Origin: an uncultured Saprospiraceae bacterium
GTDB lineage: Bacteria; Bacteroidota; Bacteroidia; Chitinophagales; Saprospiraceae
DNA length: 64,000 nucleotides
Reading direction: 5' to 3'
Assembly: GCA_964564545.1 (NCBI GenBank)
Contig: CAZMBP010000028.1
Location: forward strand, 62,046-126,045
Below the pieces are notes generated by a model. The model was not told the DNA's origin and did not search any database. It saw only the letters and a program-made list of their open reading frames with translations. Both the position numbers and the translations under genes were made by a program. Every line of letters starts with the position of its first letter. Position 1 is the stretch's first letter. Of the stretch, positions 44,614 through 54,352 are shown piece after piece.

Positions 44614-47600
44614 TCAATAAAACTTAACCACTTCTTTTCCCTTTCTTTTCAAGCCATTCAAATCTATCAAAAAAGAAATTCTCTTCCACAAATTATCTCT
44701 TACTTCGTAACTAGTTCCTTCTGTCACATTGCTACTTTCATAAATTGGAACATATATTTCTAACGCATCTGGAATACCAACAATCGCAATTCCTAAGCTA
44801 TACGCAAATTCAGCACTATCAAAATCTTTGTAAATAACCGCATCAATATATGGTCGAACTGGCAATGGCCCAGGTACAGTTGTACTTGCTCCCAAACTTA
44901 CCATCCAATCTTGCGAAGAACCAAAATCACTCAAGGTTTTTAATCCAGCATCTCTTTGGAAAATTTGTTGAGAAAGAATTCCATCATCAGATCCTTCAAC
45001 ATTTCCTCTTCCTTCACTTCGTCCCAAAAGATTTTCATCAAACATATAATCTCGTTGCCCGAACCGACTTGGAATCCCATTAAATGTAAAACTTGCTCGA
45101 ATCGGTACATCACTTTCCAATTGTGGCAAGACTCCCGCAAATGCTTTTATGGTTGCTCCTTTATTTTTTTTGCCATAGGGGAAAAATTGTTTTGCATTCG
45201 CAAAGATTCTTAAAAATCCATCTCCTTGATGTGCGGTCAAAGTTGCTTTCATTGGGGCAGTTACATTGGTATTTTCAAAAGTATATTTCAACTCATTGAC
45301 ATAATAATTTTCTTTTTCTCTTGAATTCATTTCCGCATTGGAAACACCTTTATCTAAGGTAATATTCACATGTCGAAATGAAACAGCATGCTGAAGGCTA
45401 GAAGTCAATTTCTTTTTTCTAAAAATCAATTCCAGCTTCGGAGTGATTTTTAAATAATTATCATAAAATGATTCGTCCCAATCAAAATCATAAGTATATC
45501 TTTTTGAATTCAAACTCAACGTAATGCGTTGAAATAAATCAGAATTAGGAAAAGTATTCCATTTTACAATTCCTTCACCTACCAAATTCCCACTTGCAAA
45601 ACCATACATTGGCGCAACCGCAAACTCAAATTTCTTTTTGGAAAAATCAAAGTTATGCAATGCAACTCCCAACATAGTTTTATCATAATAATTCCAACCC
45701 AAAGCTGGCAACCAATACAAAGTTGTTCGAGTTGGATTCGCCACTCCTCCTAAAAACTTTAATTGAAATGGATCTGCCTTCTTGAATGCACCTGACGTGC
45801 GTATATTGTTATTTTTTCGATTAATATCGAGGATGTCACGATTTTTGTCAATGATAAATTCTTTGACTGCTCCATTCCCAGGTTTTTTAATATGAACTGT
45901 TTTTGTTCCTAAAAAACCTTCAATGTCTCTGCCTTCTTCGCCATTTTCTAGAATCATAGACAAATGAAAAGAAACAGGAACACTACCCTTGTTTTCTATT
46001 TCCAAATCATAACCATTTGATTCAGAGACACTTATCATCTTGTAATCAATTTTCTTTGTTGTATTCATCAAATCAAAGAATACTGTATCATTTGCTAAAT
46101 CGAAGTGATTGATAAAATCTTCAGGTTGCGGATGTTTGAATTTCCATTGTTGAAAAAAGCTTTTCATCTTCAAAGGAGTGATTCTATTTTTTAAAATAGC
46201 TGCCGTTCGATCATAGACACCTAAACCATAATTCATCTCTGTCATTTCTGAAATAGGAGTCGTAATTGGTTGATGCACATTTTCTCTTTGCATTGAAACA
46301 TTAATCAATTCTATAATGTCTAATTGCCCCTTCGACTCCAACTTTTTAGGTAAAAATCCTTGATCCATATTGGGGTAATAATTCTCTTTGTACAATTTTT
46401 CATAATAAGAATTAATCCCTTCATCCATCCAAGGAAAGTCTCTTTCATTGAAGGCTAAGATTCCATAAAACCAATTATGTCCAACTTCATGAGCAATCAC
46501 CACATCTAAATCTTCTGGCAAAACCATTCGATCAACCAATGTAATCATCGGATATTCCATTGCACCTGAATTGGCAAATGGATTACTTACCGCAGTTGCA
46601 TGAGGATATGGATACGCACCCACTTTTTGAGAATAAAATTTGACAGATTGATTCAAATATTGAGTCGCATTCAACCATAAATGAAATTCTTCTAAATTGA
46701 AAAATGCCCAAGTATCTACTTTCTTATTTTGTCCAACTTCCACTCTATTTTTTTGTACATAAAATCTCATATCTGCAAACCATGCAAAATCATGAACGTT
46801 CTCAGCAGAAAATTGAATCGTCTTCATTTCATCTGAAGACGCTGGAAAAGTATCTTTATCTAAAATCGGAATAGATCGATCAGCACCTCTTGGATATCTT
46901 TTCGCAATAAACCTATTGGTCTCCCGAACTCTTTTATTTAAAAATGCTTTTTCACTTTCTGTTTCCAACTCTCCGGTGGAAGCGACAATATAATTTTTTG
47001 GCAAAGTGATTCTTACATCAAATTTTCCAAACTCAGAATAAAACTCTCCCATATCCAGATAAGGCATTGGATGCCAACCTGTTCGATCATAAACTGCAGG
47101 TTTTGGATACCATTGTGATATATAATAAGCTTGATTTACATGTCCCAAGCGAGAGAAATATTTGGGGATTTTTATGACAAAAGGAACTTGTATTTCAATA
47201 CGTCCTCCAGGCGAGAGTTTTTCATTTAATTGAATTAATGCGATATCTGGATTTTCCTTATCAAATTCCCAGGTTACTTTTTTCCCATTCACCAAAAAAT
47301 CAACTTCTTCATATCCACCTAATTCATCTTTTTTAGCAAAAAAGAAATCTGTGCTTCCATTTTGGATTTGTTGCTTAGCATAAGCTGTCTGCTGACTTTG
47401 GTATGCATTCGCCCAAAGATGAAAATATATTTCACTCAACTCGTCGGGGGAATTATTGATGTATTCAATTTTTGCCTCTCCAGAAAGGGAATGACTTTCA
47501 TCAATTAAAGTCACCTTGATATCGTAATTGACTTCTTGTTGAAAATAGGGTTGTTGTTTTTTTTGGGAAAAAACTGATGTCGTTAAAATGGTCAATAAGA

Positions 47601-47622
47601 AAATAAAAATAGATCTATTCAT
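44614..47622 (-). CDS. M1-family zinc metallopeptidase (aminopeptidase N-like) with long C-terminal extension
   Basis: It has a signal peptide and HEVGHNWFYG-X-WMDEG (HEXXH-X18-E). The length is 1002 aa. Confidence 0.85.
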   Translation of the reverse strand: MNRSIFIFLLTILTTSVFSQKKQQPYFQQEVNYDIKVTLIDESHSLSGEAKIEYINNSPDELSEIYFHLWANAYQSQQTAYAKQQIQNGSTDFFFAKKDELGGYEEVDFLVNGKKVTWEFDKENPDIALIQLNEKLSPGGRIEIQVPFVIKIPKYFSRLGHVNQAYYISQWYPKPAVYDRTGWHPMPYLDMGEFYSEFGKFDVRITLPKNYIVASTGELETESEKAFLNKRVRETNRFIAKRYPRGADRSIPILDKDTFPASSDEMKTIQFSAENVHDFAWFADMRFYVQKNRVEVGQNKKVDTWAFFNLEEFHLWLNATQYLNQSVKFYSQKVGAYPYPHATAVSNPFANSGAMEYPMITLVDRMVLPEDLDVVIAHEVGHNWFYGILAFNERDFPWMDEGINSYYEKLYKENYYPNMDQGFLPKKLESKGQLDIIELINVSMQRENVHQPITTPISEMTEMNYGLGVYDRTAAILKNRITPLKMKSFFQQWKFKHPQPEDFINHFDLANDTVFFDLMNTTKKIDYKMISVSESNGYDLEIENKGSVPVSFHLSMILENGEEGRDIEGFLGTKTVHIKKPGNGAVKEFIIDKNRDILDINRKNNNIRTSGAFKKADPFQLKFLGGVANPTRTTLYWLPALGWNYYDKTMLGVALHNFDFSKKKFEFAVAPMYGFASGNLVGEGIVKWNTFPNSDLFQRITLSLNSKRYTYDFDWDESFYDNYLKITPKLELIFRKKKLTSSLQHAVSFRHVNITLDKGVSNAEMNSREKENYYVNELKYTFENTNVTAPMKATLTAHQGDGFLRIFANAKQFFPYGKKNKGATIKAFAGVLPQLESDVPIRASFTFNGIPSRFGQRDYMFDENLLGRSEGRGNVEGSDDGILSQQIFQRDAGLKTLSDFGSSQDWMVSLGASTTVPGPLPVRPYIDAVIYKDFDSAEFAYSLGIAIVGIPDALEIYVPIYESSNVTEGTSYEVRDNLWKRISFLIDLNGLKRKGKEVVKFY

Positions 47623-47774
47623 CTGATAATCAATTAGTTGTAAATTTACAAAATGCGTTTTGCTTTCGCTCCTTCAAGGTGAAAGCATCTTCTAAAAACT
47701 ATCCTCCTCATATCTCTAAAATAGTTATACGAAATTATCATTTCAAGTTGATTTTTTTTGAATTTATTTTAAAA

Positions 47775-47814
47775 ATCAAAAAAGTCCTGTTAAACCATAC
47801 GGACTAACAGGACT
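47775..47814 (-). terminator. Rho-independent terminator of galE
   Basis: agtcctgtta / taacaggact stem with a T-run on the minus strand. Confidence 0.65.
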
Positions 47815-47854
47815 AATCTTATCTGAACTTATTTTTCTTTTATAACTCTAGAAG

Positions 47855-48874
47855 TCATTTCTTCGATCGCACTTTCTCCCATTCCCAAGCTGTGCGCATG
47901 ATATCTTCGATATTTCTTTTCGGTTTCCACTTCAAACGTTTCTTTGCTTTTTTATAATTAGAATAAATCGCAATCACATCTCCTTCTCTTCGTGGCCCAA
48001 TTGTATAATTTAGTTTTTTACCCGAAACTTTCTCAAATGCATTAATCACTTCTAAAACCGTCGCTCCTTCTCCAATTCCTAAATTATAAGCTTCACAATT
48101 TGTTTTATTTTTCTTTGTCACCAAGTACTGCATTGCCTTTGTATGAGCATTTGCCAAATCCATAACGTGAATATAATCTCTCACACAACTTCCATCTCTC
48201 GTGTCATAATCATCTCCAAAAACAGTAATTGATTTTCTTTTTCCAATCGCTTGTTCTGTGATTACAGGAACCAAATTCATGGCAAGCGTTGGAGATTCTC
48301 CCATCAACTTACTTTCATGGGCGCCCCCTGGATTAAAATATCGCAGCAAAATAGAATTATGTTTTGGGTTGGCTTTAGAAAAAGATTCAATAATTTCTTC
48401 TCCCATTTGCTTTGTCAAACCATATGGACTCTCCGCTTTCATAAATGGAGTTTTCTCCGTCACAGGCAAATCTTTTGCATTTCCATAAACGGTGCATGAC
48501 GATGAAAAAATAAAATTCTTCACTTTATAATTCTTTGCTGCTTCCAACAAATTAAGTGTACTGTTCAAGTTGTTTTTGAAATATAAGAGAGGATGATCTA
48601 CCGAATCCCCAACACTTTTAAGTGCGGCAAAATGAATGATCCCAACGATATCTTTATTTTCTTTAAAGACCTTTTGTAATTTTTTTTCATTGCAAAGATC
48701 AATCTTATAATTTTTTACTTTTTTCCCAGTTATCTTTTCAATTCGCTTGAGTACCTTTGGATCGGAATTGATATGATTGTCTACTGACACTACATCAAAT
48801 CCATTATCAATTAAATCAACAATCGTGTGGCTTCCAATATATCCACAGCCACCTGATACGAGAACTTTTTTCAT
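47855..48874 (-). CDS. galE: UDP-glucose 4-epimerase
   Basis: Motifs GGCGYIGSH, SSSCTVYG, YGLTK and RYFNPGGAH. Confidence 0.9.
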   Translation of the reverse strand: MKKVLVSGGCGYIGSHTIVDLIDNGFDVVSVDNHINSDPKVLKRIEKITGKKVKNYKIDLCNEKKLQKVFKENKDIVGIIHFAALKSVGDSVDHPLLYFKNNLNSTLNLLEAAKNYKVKNFIFSSSCTVYGNAKDLPVTEKTPFMKAESPYGLTKQMGEEIIESFSKANPKHNSILLRYFNPGGAHESKLMGESPTLAMNLVPVITEQAIGKRKSITVFGDDYDTRDGSCVRDYIHVMDLANAHTKAMQYLVTKKNKTNCEAYNLGIGEGATVLEVINAFEKVSGKKLNYTIGPRREGDVIAIYSNYKKAKKRLKWKPKRNIEDIMRTAWEWEKVRSKK

Positions 48875-48940
48875 TTTAGTTATTTTTTACGTTTTATTAC
48901 AGAGAATAATTTTCTTCACATTAAAAAAAATCATCAATTA

Positions 48941-49723
48941 ATGATTGACATAAATCTTGCCAAAGAAGTAGCAAAAATAGCTAAAATAGCTGGAGAAGCG
49001 ATAATGAAAATTTATGATAATTCAGATGACTTTCAAGTACAACAAAAATCGGATGAATCTCCTCTAACCATTGCTGACCAAGCAGCAAATGATGTCATTT
49101 GTCATGGTTTAGAGAATTTGAATGTAAAATATCCTATCATTTCTGAGGAAAATAAATCTATTGATTTCCAGGTAAGAAAAAATTATCCGCATTATTGGTT
49201 AGTTGATCCTCTGGATGGAACGAAGGAATTTATCAAACGAAATGGAGAATTTACAGTCAATATTGCTTTGGTCGAAAATCAACGTCCTGTGCTCGGAGTG
49301 GTTTATGCTCCTGTTTTGGATGAGATGTATTTTGCATTAAAAAATGAAGGTGCGTTTTTGGAAAAAGAAAGTTCAACAACACAATTACACGCTGCTGTTT
49401 TTTCCAAAAAAGATAGAAACTTAGGAGTTGTTTGTTCCCGTTCTCATTTGAATGAATCAACTCAAAATTTTGTCAACGAACTTGACCAACCTGAATTAGT
49501 AGCAACAGGTAGTTCTCTAAAGTTTTTAATCTTGGCAAAAGGTGAAGCTCATCTTTATCCTCGATTGGCGCCAACCATGGAATGGGACACAGGTGCTGCA
49601 CAAATTATTTTAGAAGAAGCAGGTGGAAAAGTGTTGCACGCAGAAACGAATGAACCGCTTTTATATAACAAAGAAAATTTATTAAATCCATATTTTATCG
49701 CATCTGGAAATTTAGCCGATTAA
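48941..49723 (+). CDS. cysQ: 3'(2'),5'-bisphosphate nucleotidase
   Basis: Motifs ISEE, WLVDPLDGTKEF and WDTGAAQIILEEAGG. Confidence 0.85.
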   Translation: MIDINLAKEVAKIAKIAGEAIMKIYDNSDDFQVQQKSDESPLTIADQAANDVICHGLENLNVKYPIISEENKSIDFQVRKNYPHYWLVDPLDGTKEFIKRNGEFTVNIALVENQRPVLGVVYAPVLDEMYFALKNEGAFLEKESSTTQLHAAVFSKKDRNLGVVCSRSHLNESTQNFVNELDQPELVATGSSLKFLILAKGEAHLYPRLAPTMEWDTGAAQIILEEAGGKVLHAETNEPLLYNKENLLNPYFIASGNLAD

Positions 49724-49725
49724 TT

Positions 49726-50481
49726 ATGCAAAAAATCTCCGTCATCATTACCACTTTCAATGAAGCCGAACACATCCAAGGTGTTTTGGAGTCTGCGCAA
49801 TGGGCGGATGAATTGATTGTAGTAGACTCATTTTCTACAGATGAGACGGTAGAACTAGCAAAAAAATTTCCAACCATAATTTTACAAAGAAAATATATAG
49901 GTCCTGCTGATCAAAAAAATTGGGCAATACCACAGGCTACTCATGATTGGGTTTTGATTCTCGATGCTGACGAGCGGGTGACTCCTGAATTAAAGAACGA
50001 AATCAAAACTCTTCTCCAAAAACCATTTGAAAAAGACGCATTTTGGATTCCACGGCAGAGTTTTTTTATGGGAAAAAAAGTGAAATATAGCGGTTGGCAA
50101 GGAGATGCTGTAATTCGGTTAATCAATAAAAAATGTCGATACAACAATCTTCAAGTCCATGAAGAGATTATGACTGAAGGTATCAATGTAGGACGACTAA
50201 AAAATAAATTAGAACATTATACTTATAAAGATCTCGATCATTTTTTAGCAAAAATGCAAAGATATAGTGATTGGTCTGCACAAGATCATTTTGAAAAAAC
50301 ACCACGAGTTACTTTTTTTCATTTATACTTTAAACCCTTCTTTCGATTCATCAAACACTATTTTATCCAACTCGGATTCTTAGATGGAAAAGTTGGTTTT
50401 ATCATAAGTGCAATTATGGCTTGGGGAGTTTTTTTGAGATACGTAAAAATTCAAGAGAAGCGAACTATGAGTGATCAGTAG
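49726..50481 (+). CDS. Family 2 glycosyltransferase (WaaE/KdtX-like)
   Basis: Motifs ISVIITTFNE, VVDSFSTD and LDADE. It starts 2 nt after the cysQ stop. Confidence 0.7.
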   Translation: MQKISVIITTFNEAEHIQGVLESAQWADELIVVDSFSTDETVELAKKFPTIILQRKYIGPADQKNWAIPQATHDWVLILDADERVTPELKNEIKTLLQKPFEKDAFWIPRQSFFMGKKVKYSGWQGDAVIRLINKKCRYNNLQVHEEIMTEGINVGRLKNKLEHYTYKDLDHFLAKMQRYSDWSAQDHFEKTPRVTFFHLYFKPFFRFIKHYFIQLGFLDGKVGFIISAIMAWGVFLRYVKIQEKRTMSDQ

Positions 50482-50531
50482 ACAACAACTTTTATAGCGC
50501 AACTTTCGTTAATTTTAAAATCTAAATTCAC

Positions 50532-50999
50532 ATGAATATGAAACAGTTAATTTTTGCCTTCCTTTTATTAAGTCCTTTTTTATTTTCACAATGTGGAGGT
50601 TCTAAAAAAGCGACAGTATCCTCTTCTAGCACCAAACAAGGAGTTAATTTTGTGAAATCCGAAACACTTTCAGATGTTCTAGATATTGCTGCAGAAGAAG
50701 GGAAATTAGTTTTCATCGACTTTTATGCTACTTGGTGTGCCCCTTGCAAAATGATGGATAAAGATGTTTTTCCAGATAAAAATATTGCTGCATTTTTTAA
50801 TAAAAACTTTATTAGCTACAAAGTGGATGGAGAAAAAGGCAATGGTCAAAATCTTGCAGCATTGTACGATGTAAAGGCCTACCCTACGCTAGTTTGGGTC
50901 GATAAAAGAGGTCGAGTGATGGCTCGAACTGAAGGCGGAACTTATCATACCGAATTGATGGAATTGGCAAAAAGTGCATTAGCAAATGCTGGAATGTAA
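50532..50999 (+). CDS. Thioredoxin-fold protein (secreted/lipoprotein)
   Basis: It has a signal peptide with Cys. The active-site motif is FYATWCAPCK (CxxC). Confidence 0.8.
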   Translation: MNMKQLIFAFLLLSPFLFSQCGGSKKATVSSSSTKQGVNFVKSETLSDVLDIAAEEGKLVFIDFYATWCAPCKMMDKDVFPDKNIAAFFNKNFISYKVDGEKGNGQNLAALYDVKAYPTLVWVDKRGRVMARTEGGTYHTELMELAKSALANAGM

Positions 51000-51025
51000 T
51001 TTTATTCCTTTTTTATAAAAAGTAT

Positions 51026-51068
51026 AAACCTCATGTTTTGGTCAAGACTTAACATGAGGTTTTTGTTT
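51026..51068 (+). terminator. Rho-independent terminator
   Basis: aaacctcatgtt / aacatgaggttt followed by ttgttttt. Confidence 0.7.
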
Positions 51069-51107
51069 TTTATGTCAACATGTTCCAAAAATCTTCGTTT
51101 AGAAAAT

Positions 51108-52592
51108 ATGAAAAAACAATACTTCCTTTTTATCCTATTCTTATTGACTTCTATTTTTGCAAACGGGAAGCATTTTGAATTTACTCCGCTTGCGACTGAA
51201 GCTTACCAAAAAGCTATGAGTTTACGATTTGACGAAGCAAAAAAGGATATCGAAAAAATCAAAAGAGAAGATCCCGAAAATCAAATTGTTTATTTCATCG
51301 AAAATTACATTGACTTTTTTACAGTTTTTATCAATGAGAACAAATCAGAATTTAAGCGACTAGAAAAAAACAAATACCCTCGCCTCAAGCAGATTAGAAA
51401 AGGAGATAAAAACTCCCCTTACTATTTATATTGTCAAGCAGAAATTAAATTACAATGGGCTTTGGCTCGATTAAAATTTGAACAATATTTTAATGCCTTT
51501 AATGAAGTAAGTGATGCCTACCATTTGTTGAAACGTAATCAAAAGAAATTTCCAGATTTCGTAGCCAATAAAAAAAGTTTGGGTATGCTCCATGCCATCG
51601 TCGGAACAATTCCTAGCAAATATAAATGGGGTGTAAAATTACTTTCGGGGATGGCTGGAAATATCAAGCAGGGCAAAAGAGAAATGGAAGAAATTTTAAT
51701 TTATGCTCAGTCGAATCCATTTATGTTTGAAGAAGAAACTTTGGTCATGTATGCATTTTTAGTTTTGCATCTCAAAGATGATATGGACTCCGCTTGGAAT
51801 ATTATTCAAAATAAAAAATTAAATCCATCAACCAATCCTTTGGTTTGTTTTGCATTAGGAAACATTGCCATTCACACCGGAAGAAATGATAAGGCAATTG
51901 AGATTTTGGAAAATCGTCCGAAAGGAAGTCAGTATGCTAAATTCCATTTTTTAGATTATATGTTGGGGCTCGCAAAATTGTATCGCCTAGATCGAGGAGC
52001 TGATATCTATTTGAAAAAATATATTAAAAATTTTCATGGCCAAAATTATATCAAAGAAGCTTACCAAAAGTTAGCTTGGTATGAACTCGTTAAGGGAAAT
52101 GAAATTAACTATGTTCACTACATCAAATTTTGCAAAACCGAAGGAGCTAAAATTATCGGCGGAGACAAAAGTGCAGAGAAAGAAGCGAAGGCTAAAAAAA
52201 TTCCAAATATGGTTTTACTCAAAGCTCGATTACTCTTTGATGGAGGATATTATGATCGTGCATTTAAGTTATTAAAAAAACGAACATTGGCTGATTTTAG
52301 CACTCAAAAAGATCAATTAGAATATGCTTATCGATTAGGGCGTCTCACTCACAATACAGGAAAACATGATGATGCAATTATATATTATCAAACCACAATT
52401 GACCGGGGAAGATATGCGAGTTATTATTTTGCTTGCAATGCTGCACTTCAAATTGGGCGAATTTACGAGTACCAAAAAAATAAAGTAAAGGCTAAAGAGT
52501 TTTTTAAATTGTGCCTTTCCATCAAGCCTGATGAATACCGAAATAGTCTCCATCAAAAGGCAAAGGCCGGTTTAAATCGGATCAGCAATTAA
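51108..52592 (+). CDS. Secreted TPR-like repeat protein, hypothetical
   Basis: The signal peptide MKKQYFLFILFLLTSIFA begins at ATG 51108. The track ORF starts at 51033, inside the upstream terminator. The C-terminal half has helical-repeat character. Confidence 0.65.
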   Translation: MKKQYFLFILFLLTSIFANGKHFEFTPLATEAYQKAMSLRFDEAKKDIEKIKREDPENQIVYFIENYIDFFTVFINENKSEFKRLEKNKYPRLKQIRKGDKNSPYYLYCQAEIKLQWALARLKFEQYFNAFNEVSDAYHLLKRNQKKFPDFVANKKSLGMLHAIVGTIPSKYKWGVKLLSGMAGNIKQGKREMEEILIYAQSNPFMFEEETLVMYAFLVLHLKDDMDSAWNIIQNKKLNPSTNPLVCFALGNIAIHTGRNDKAIEILENRPKGSQYAKFHFLDYMLGLAKLYRLDRGADIYLKKYIKNFHGQNYIKEAYQKLAWYELVKGNEINYVHYIKFCKTEGAKIIGGDKSAEKEAKAKKIPNMVLLKARLLFDGGYYDRAFKLLKKRTLADFSTQKDQLEYAYRLGRLTHNTGKHDDAIIYYQTTIDRGRYASYYFACNAALQIGRIYEYQKNKVKAKEFFKLCLSIKPDEYRNSLHQKAKAGLNRISN

Positions 52593-52929
52593 CTACAAAA
52601 CCGACCTTTTTCTTTAAAAACCCTACCATTAGCAAATTAGGTTAATCAAAATATTAAATATTTTAAATTTGTAATTGCATTGTAAATCAATCTTTTGTAT
52701 ATTTATTTTATTATAATTTAAACATTTCCACATTCCGTTTAGATTATGAACCCAACAGGTCTTCAAAAACACAAAGCGGAACTCCCCTTATTCGCTTTTA
52801 TAATCTGAAAACTCAATATTAATTCTTATTAAAGTATTTTACATCAAATAATGAAATTGATTGTAAAAATAAGTCTGTCGTTTTTCAGGCCTAAATCAAC
52901 TTTTTCGAAACACTAGCAAAAATCAATTT

Positions 52930-53277
52930 ATGCATTCTCAGACAATTGTCGCAGCAACTAAAAAGTTGCACCCCACACTTGCCTCAACTATATTTTCCAT
53001 TTTGGATTCTAGAATTCAATTTTTAGAATATCAAATAAACGTGCAGTTCGCACCACAAAACCAATCGTCTCAAAACCACTTGAAAGCCTACGAAGAGTTT
53101 ATGGATTTTTATGCAAAAACTTCAAGGGCTCTTAAGTTACTCCAAATCTTAAAAGAGTGGGTTCGCGAAGATAATGCTTCTACGATTTTTCACTTGTTGC
53201 AAAATGATGAATATCTTAATTATTCCGAAAATCAACTCGAAAGAAAAATTAGGATTAGAGCATTTGAACATATATAA
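52930..53277 (+). CDS. Hypothetical protein (115 aa)
   Basis: ORF only. I recognised no motif. It lies upstream of the HK-like gene on the same strand. Confidence 0.4.
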   Translation: MHSQTIVAATKKLHPTLASTIFSILDSRIQFLEYQINVQFAPQNQSSQNHLKAYEEFMDFYAKTSRALKLLQILKEWVREDNASTIFHLLQNDEYLNYSENQLERKIRIRAFEHI

Positions 53278-53402
53278 ATAAAATTGGCTTAATCCTTGAT
53301 ATGTCAAATTATACAAAACAATAATACCAACGTTTCGTATTTCGCCATTTTAAAAACCGACTATGAATCGATTTTAACACACTTTAAACAAAAAAATCTC
53401 CC

Positions 53403-54176
53403 ATGACTATCATTACAAACTATCGCGAAGAGGTAAAAAGATTTGAACGTCTTTTTGAAAATAGACCTACTGCGTCTGTTGAAAAATTCTCTGAAGCGTT
53501 AACAGAAAAACCTCAAACAACCGACATGGTCAATGCAGCTGCCAACAGTTTGCGAAGTCCACTTTTAGCTTTAAAAATTTATTTGGACTTGTTAAAAGAT
53601 TTTCCTCAGGAAGAAAAAAAGACCGATGTTTTAAAAAGAATGAAAATAACGACTAACGAAATGGCAAAAAAAATTAATGCCTTATCTACTTTAGTCGATG
53701 TCCAAACTGAATTAAATCCAACCAAAGAAAAAGTCAATTTTGCCAATTTGCTAGAGGAAGTGAAAATTGAATTGAGTGCACAATTCGACTTAAACGATAT
53801 AACTTTTACTACTAATTTTATTGAGCCAACTATAAGAGCTAATGCTTCGGAACTGTCATTATTACTTTTCCAAATGTTGCATAATTCTATCACCTACCGT
53901 CAGGACAAACAACCTTTACACATCACAATAAAAACTAAAAAAGTAGGTGGATATTTACTACTTGGGATTAAAGACAATGCTAAAGGAATGGTCATCAAAA
54001 ATGATAACGAAGCTGAAAAGTTATTCCGTCCATTTTACAGACTAAATAATTCTAGCAATGGAATCGGAATAGGTCTGAGCATCGTTCGAAGTATTGTTGA
54101 CAAATACCATGGTGAAGTAAAAGTACGTAGTCGAATCAACGAAGGTTCGATGTTCAATATTTATTTGAAAGGATAA
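53403..54176 (+). CDS. Soluble histidine-kinase-like protein (DHp + HATPase_c) lacking the conserved phospho-acceptor His
   Basis: The H-box position reads AANSLRSPL instead of SH(D/E)LR(T/S)PL. The N-box LHNSITY, G1 IKDNAKGM and G2 GIGIGLSIV are present. Confidence 0.7.
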   Translation: MTIITNYREEVKRFERLFENRPTASVEKFSEALTEKPQTTDMVNAAANSLRSPLLALKIYLDLLKDFPQEEKKTDVLKRMKITTNEMAKKINALSTLVDVQTELNPTKEKVNFANLLEEVKIELSAQFDLNDITFTTNFIEPTIRANASELSLLLFQMLHNSITYRQDKQPLHITIKTKKVGGYLLLGIKDNAKGMVIKNDNEAEKLFRPFYRLNNSSNGIGIGLSIVRSIVDKYHGEVKVRSRINEGSMFNIYLKG

Positions 54177-54240
54177 AACGGTTATTGAGAAATAAAAAAA
54201 GACTTGGCTAAGAAAATTGGTCAGGTCTTTTTTTGTTTTT

Positions 54241-54325
54241 CGTAGGACGACTTTCCAAGTCGTCACTATACAAACGACTTGGAAAGTCGTCCTACGAGGA
54301 ACGATTTGGAAAATCGTTTTACGGG
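54241..54325. repeat. Three consecutive copies of a small hairpin unit (one inverted, two direct)
   Basis: cgtaggacgactttccaagtcgt (54241-54263) is the reverse complement of acgacttggaaagtcgtcctacg (54274-54296). A degenerate third copy, acgatttggaaaatcgttttacg, lies at about 54301-54323. Each unit is itself a 7-bp hairpin. Confidence 0.85.
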
Positions 54326-54352
54326 GGTTATTTTTACCAAAACAATAAGTAA

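Noticed and set aside
44557-45299. Several 66-85-aa ORFs on both strands at the 3' end of the M1 peptidase gene.
   Set aside because: They overlap the peptidase CDS or the terminator hairpin, and their translations are low-complexity.
51033-51107. Upstream extension of the TPR protein ORF.
   Set aside because: It starts inside the terminator hairpin of the preceding gene. A canonical signal peptide begins at ATG 51108.
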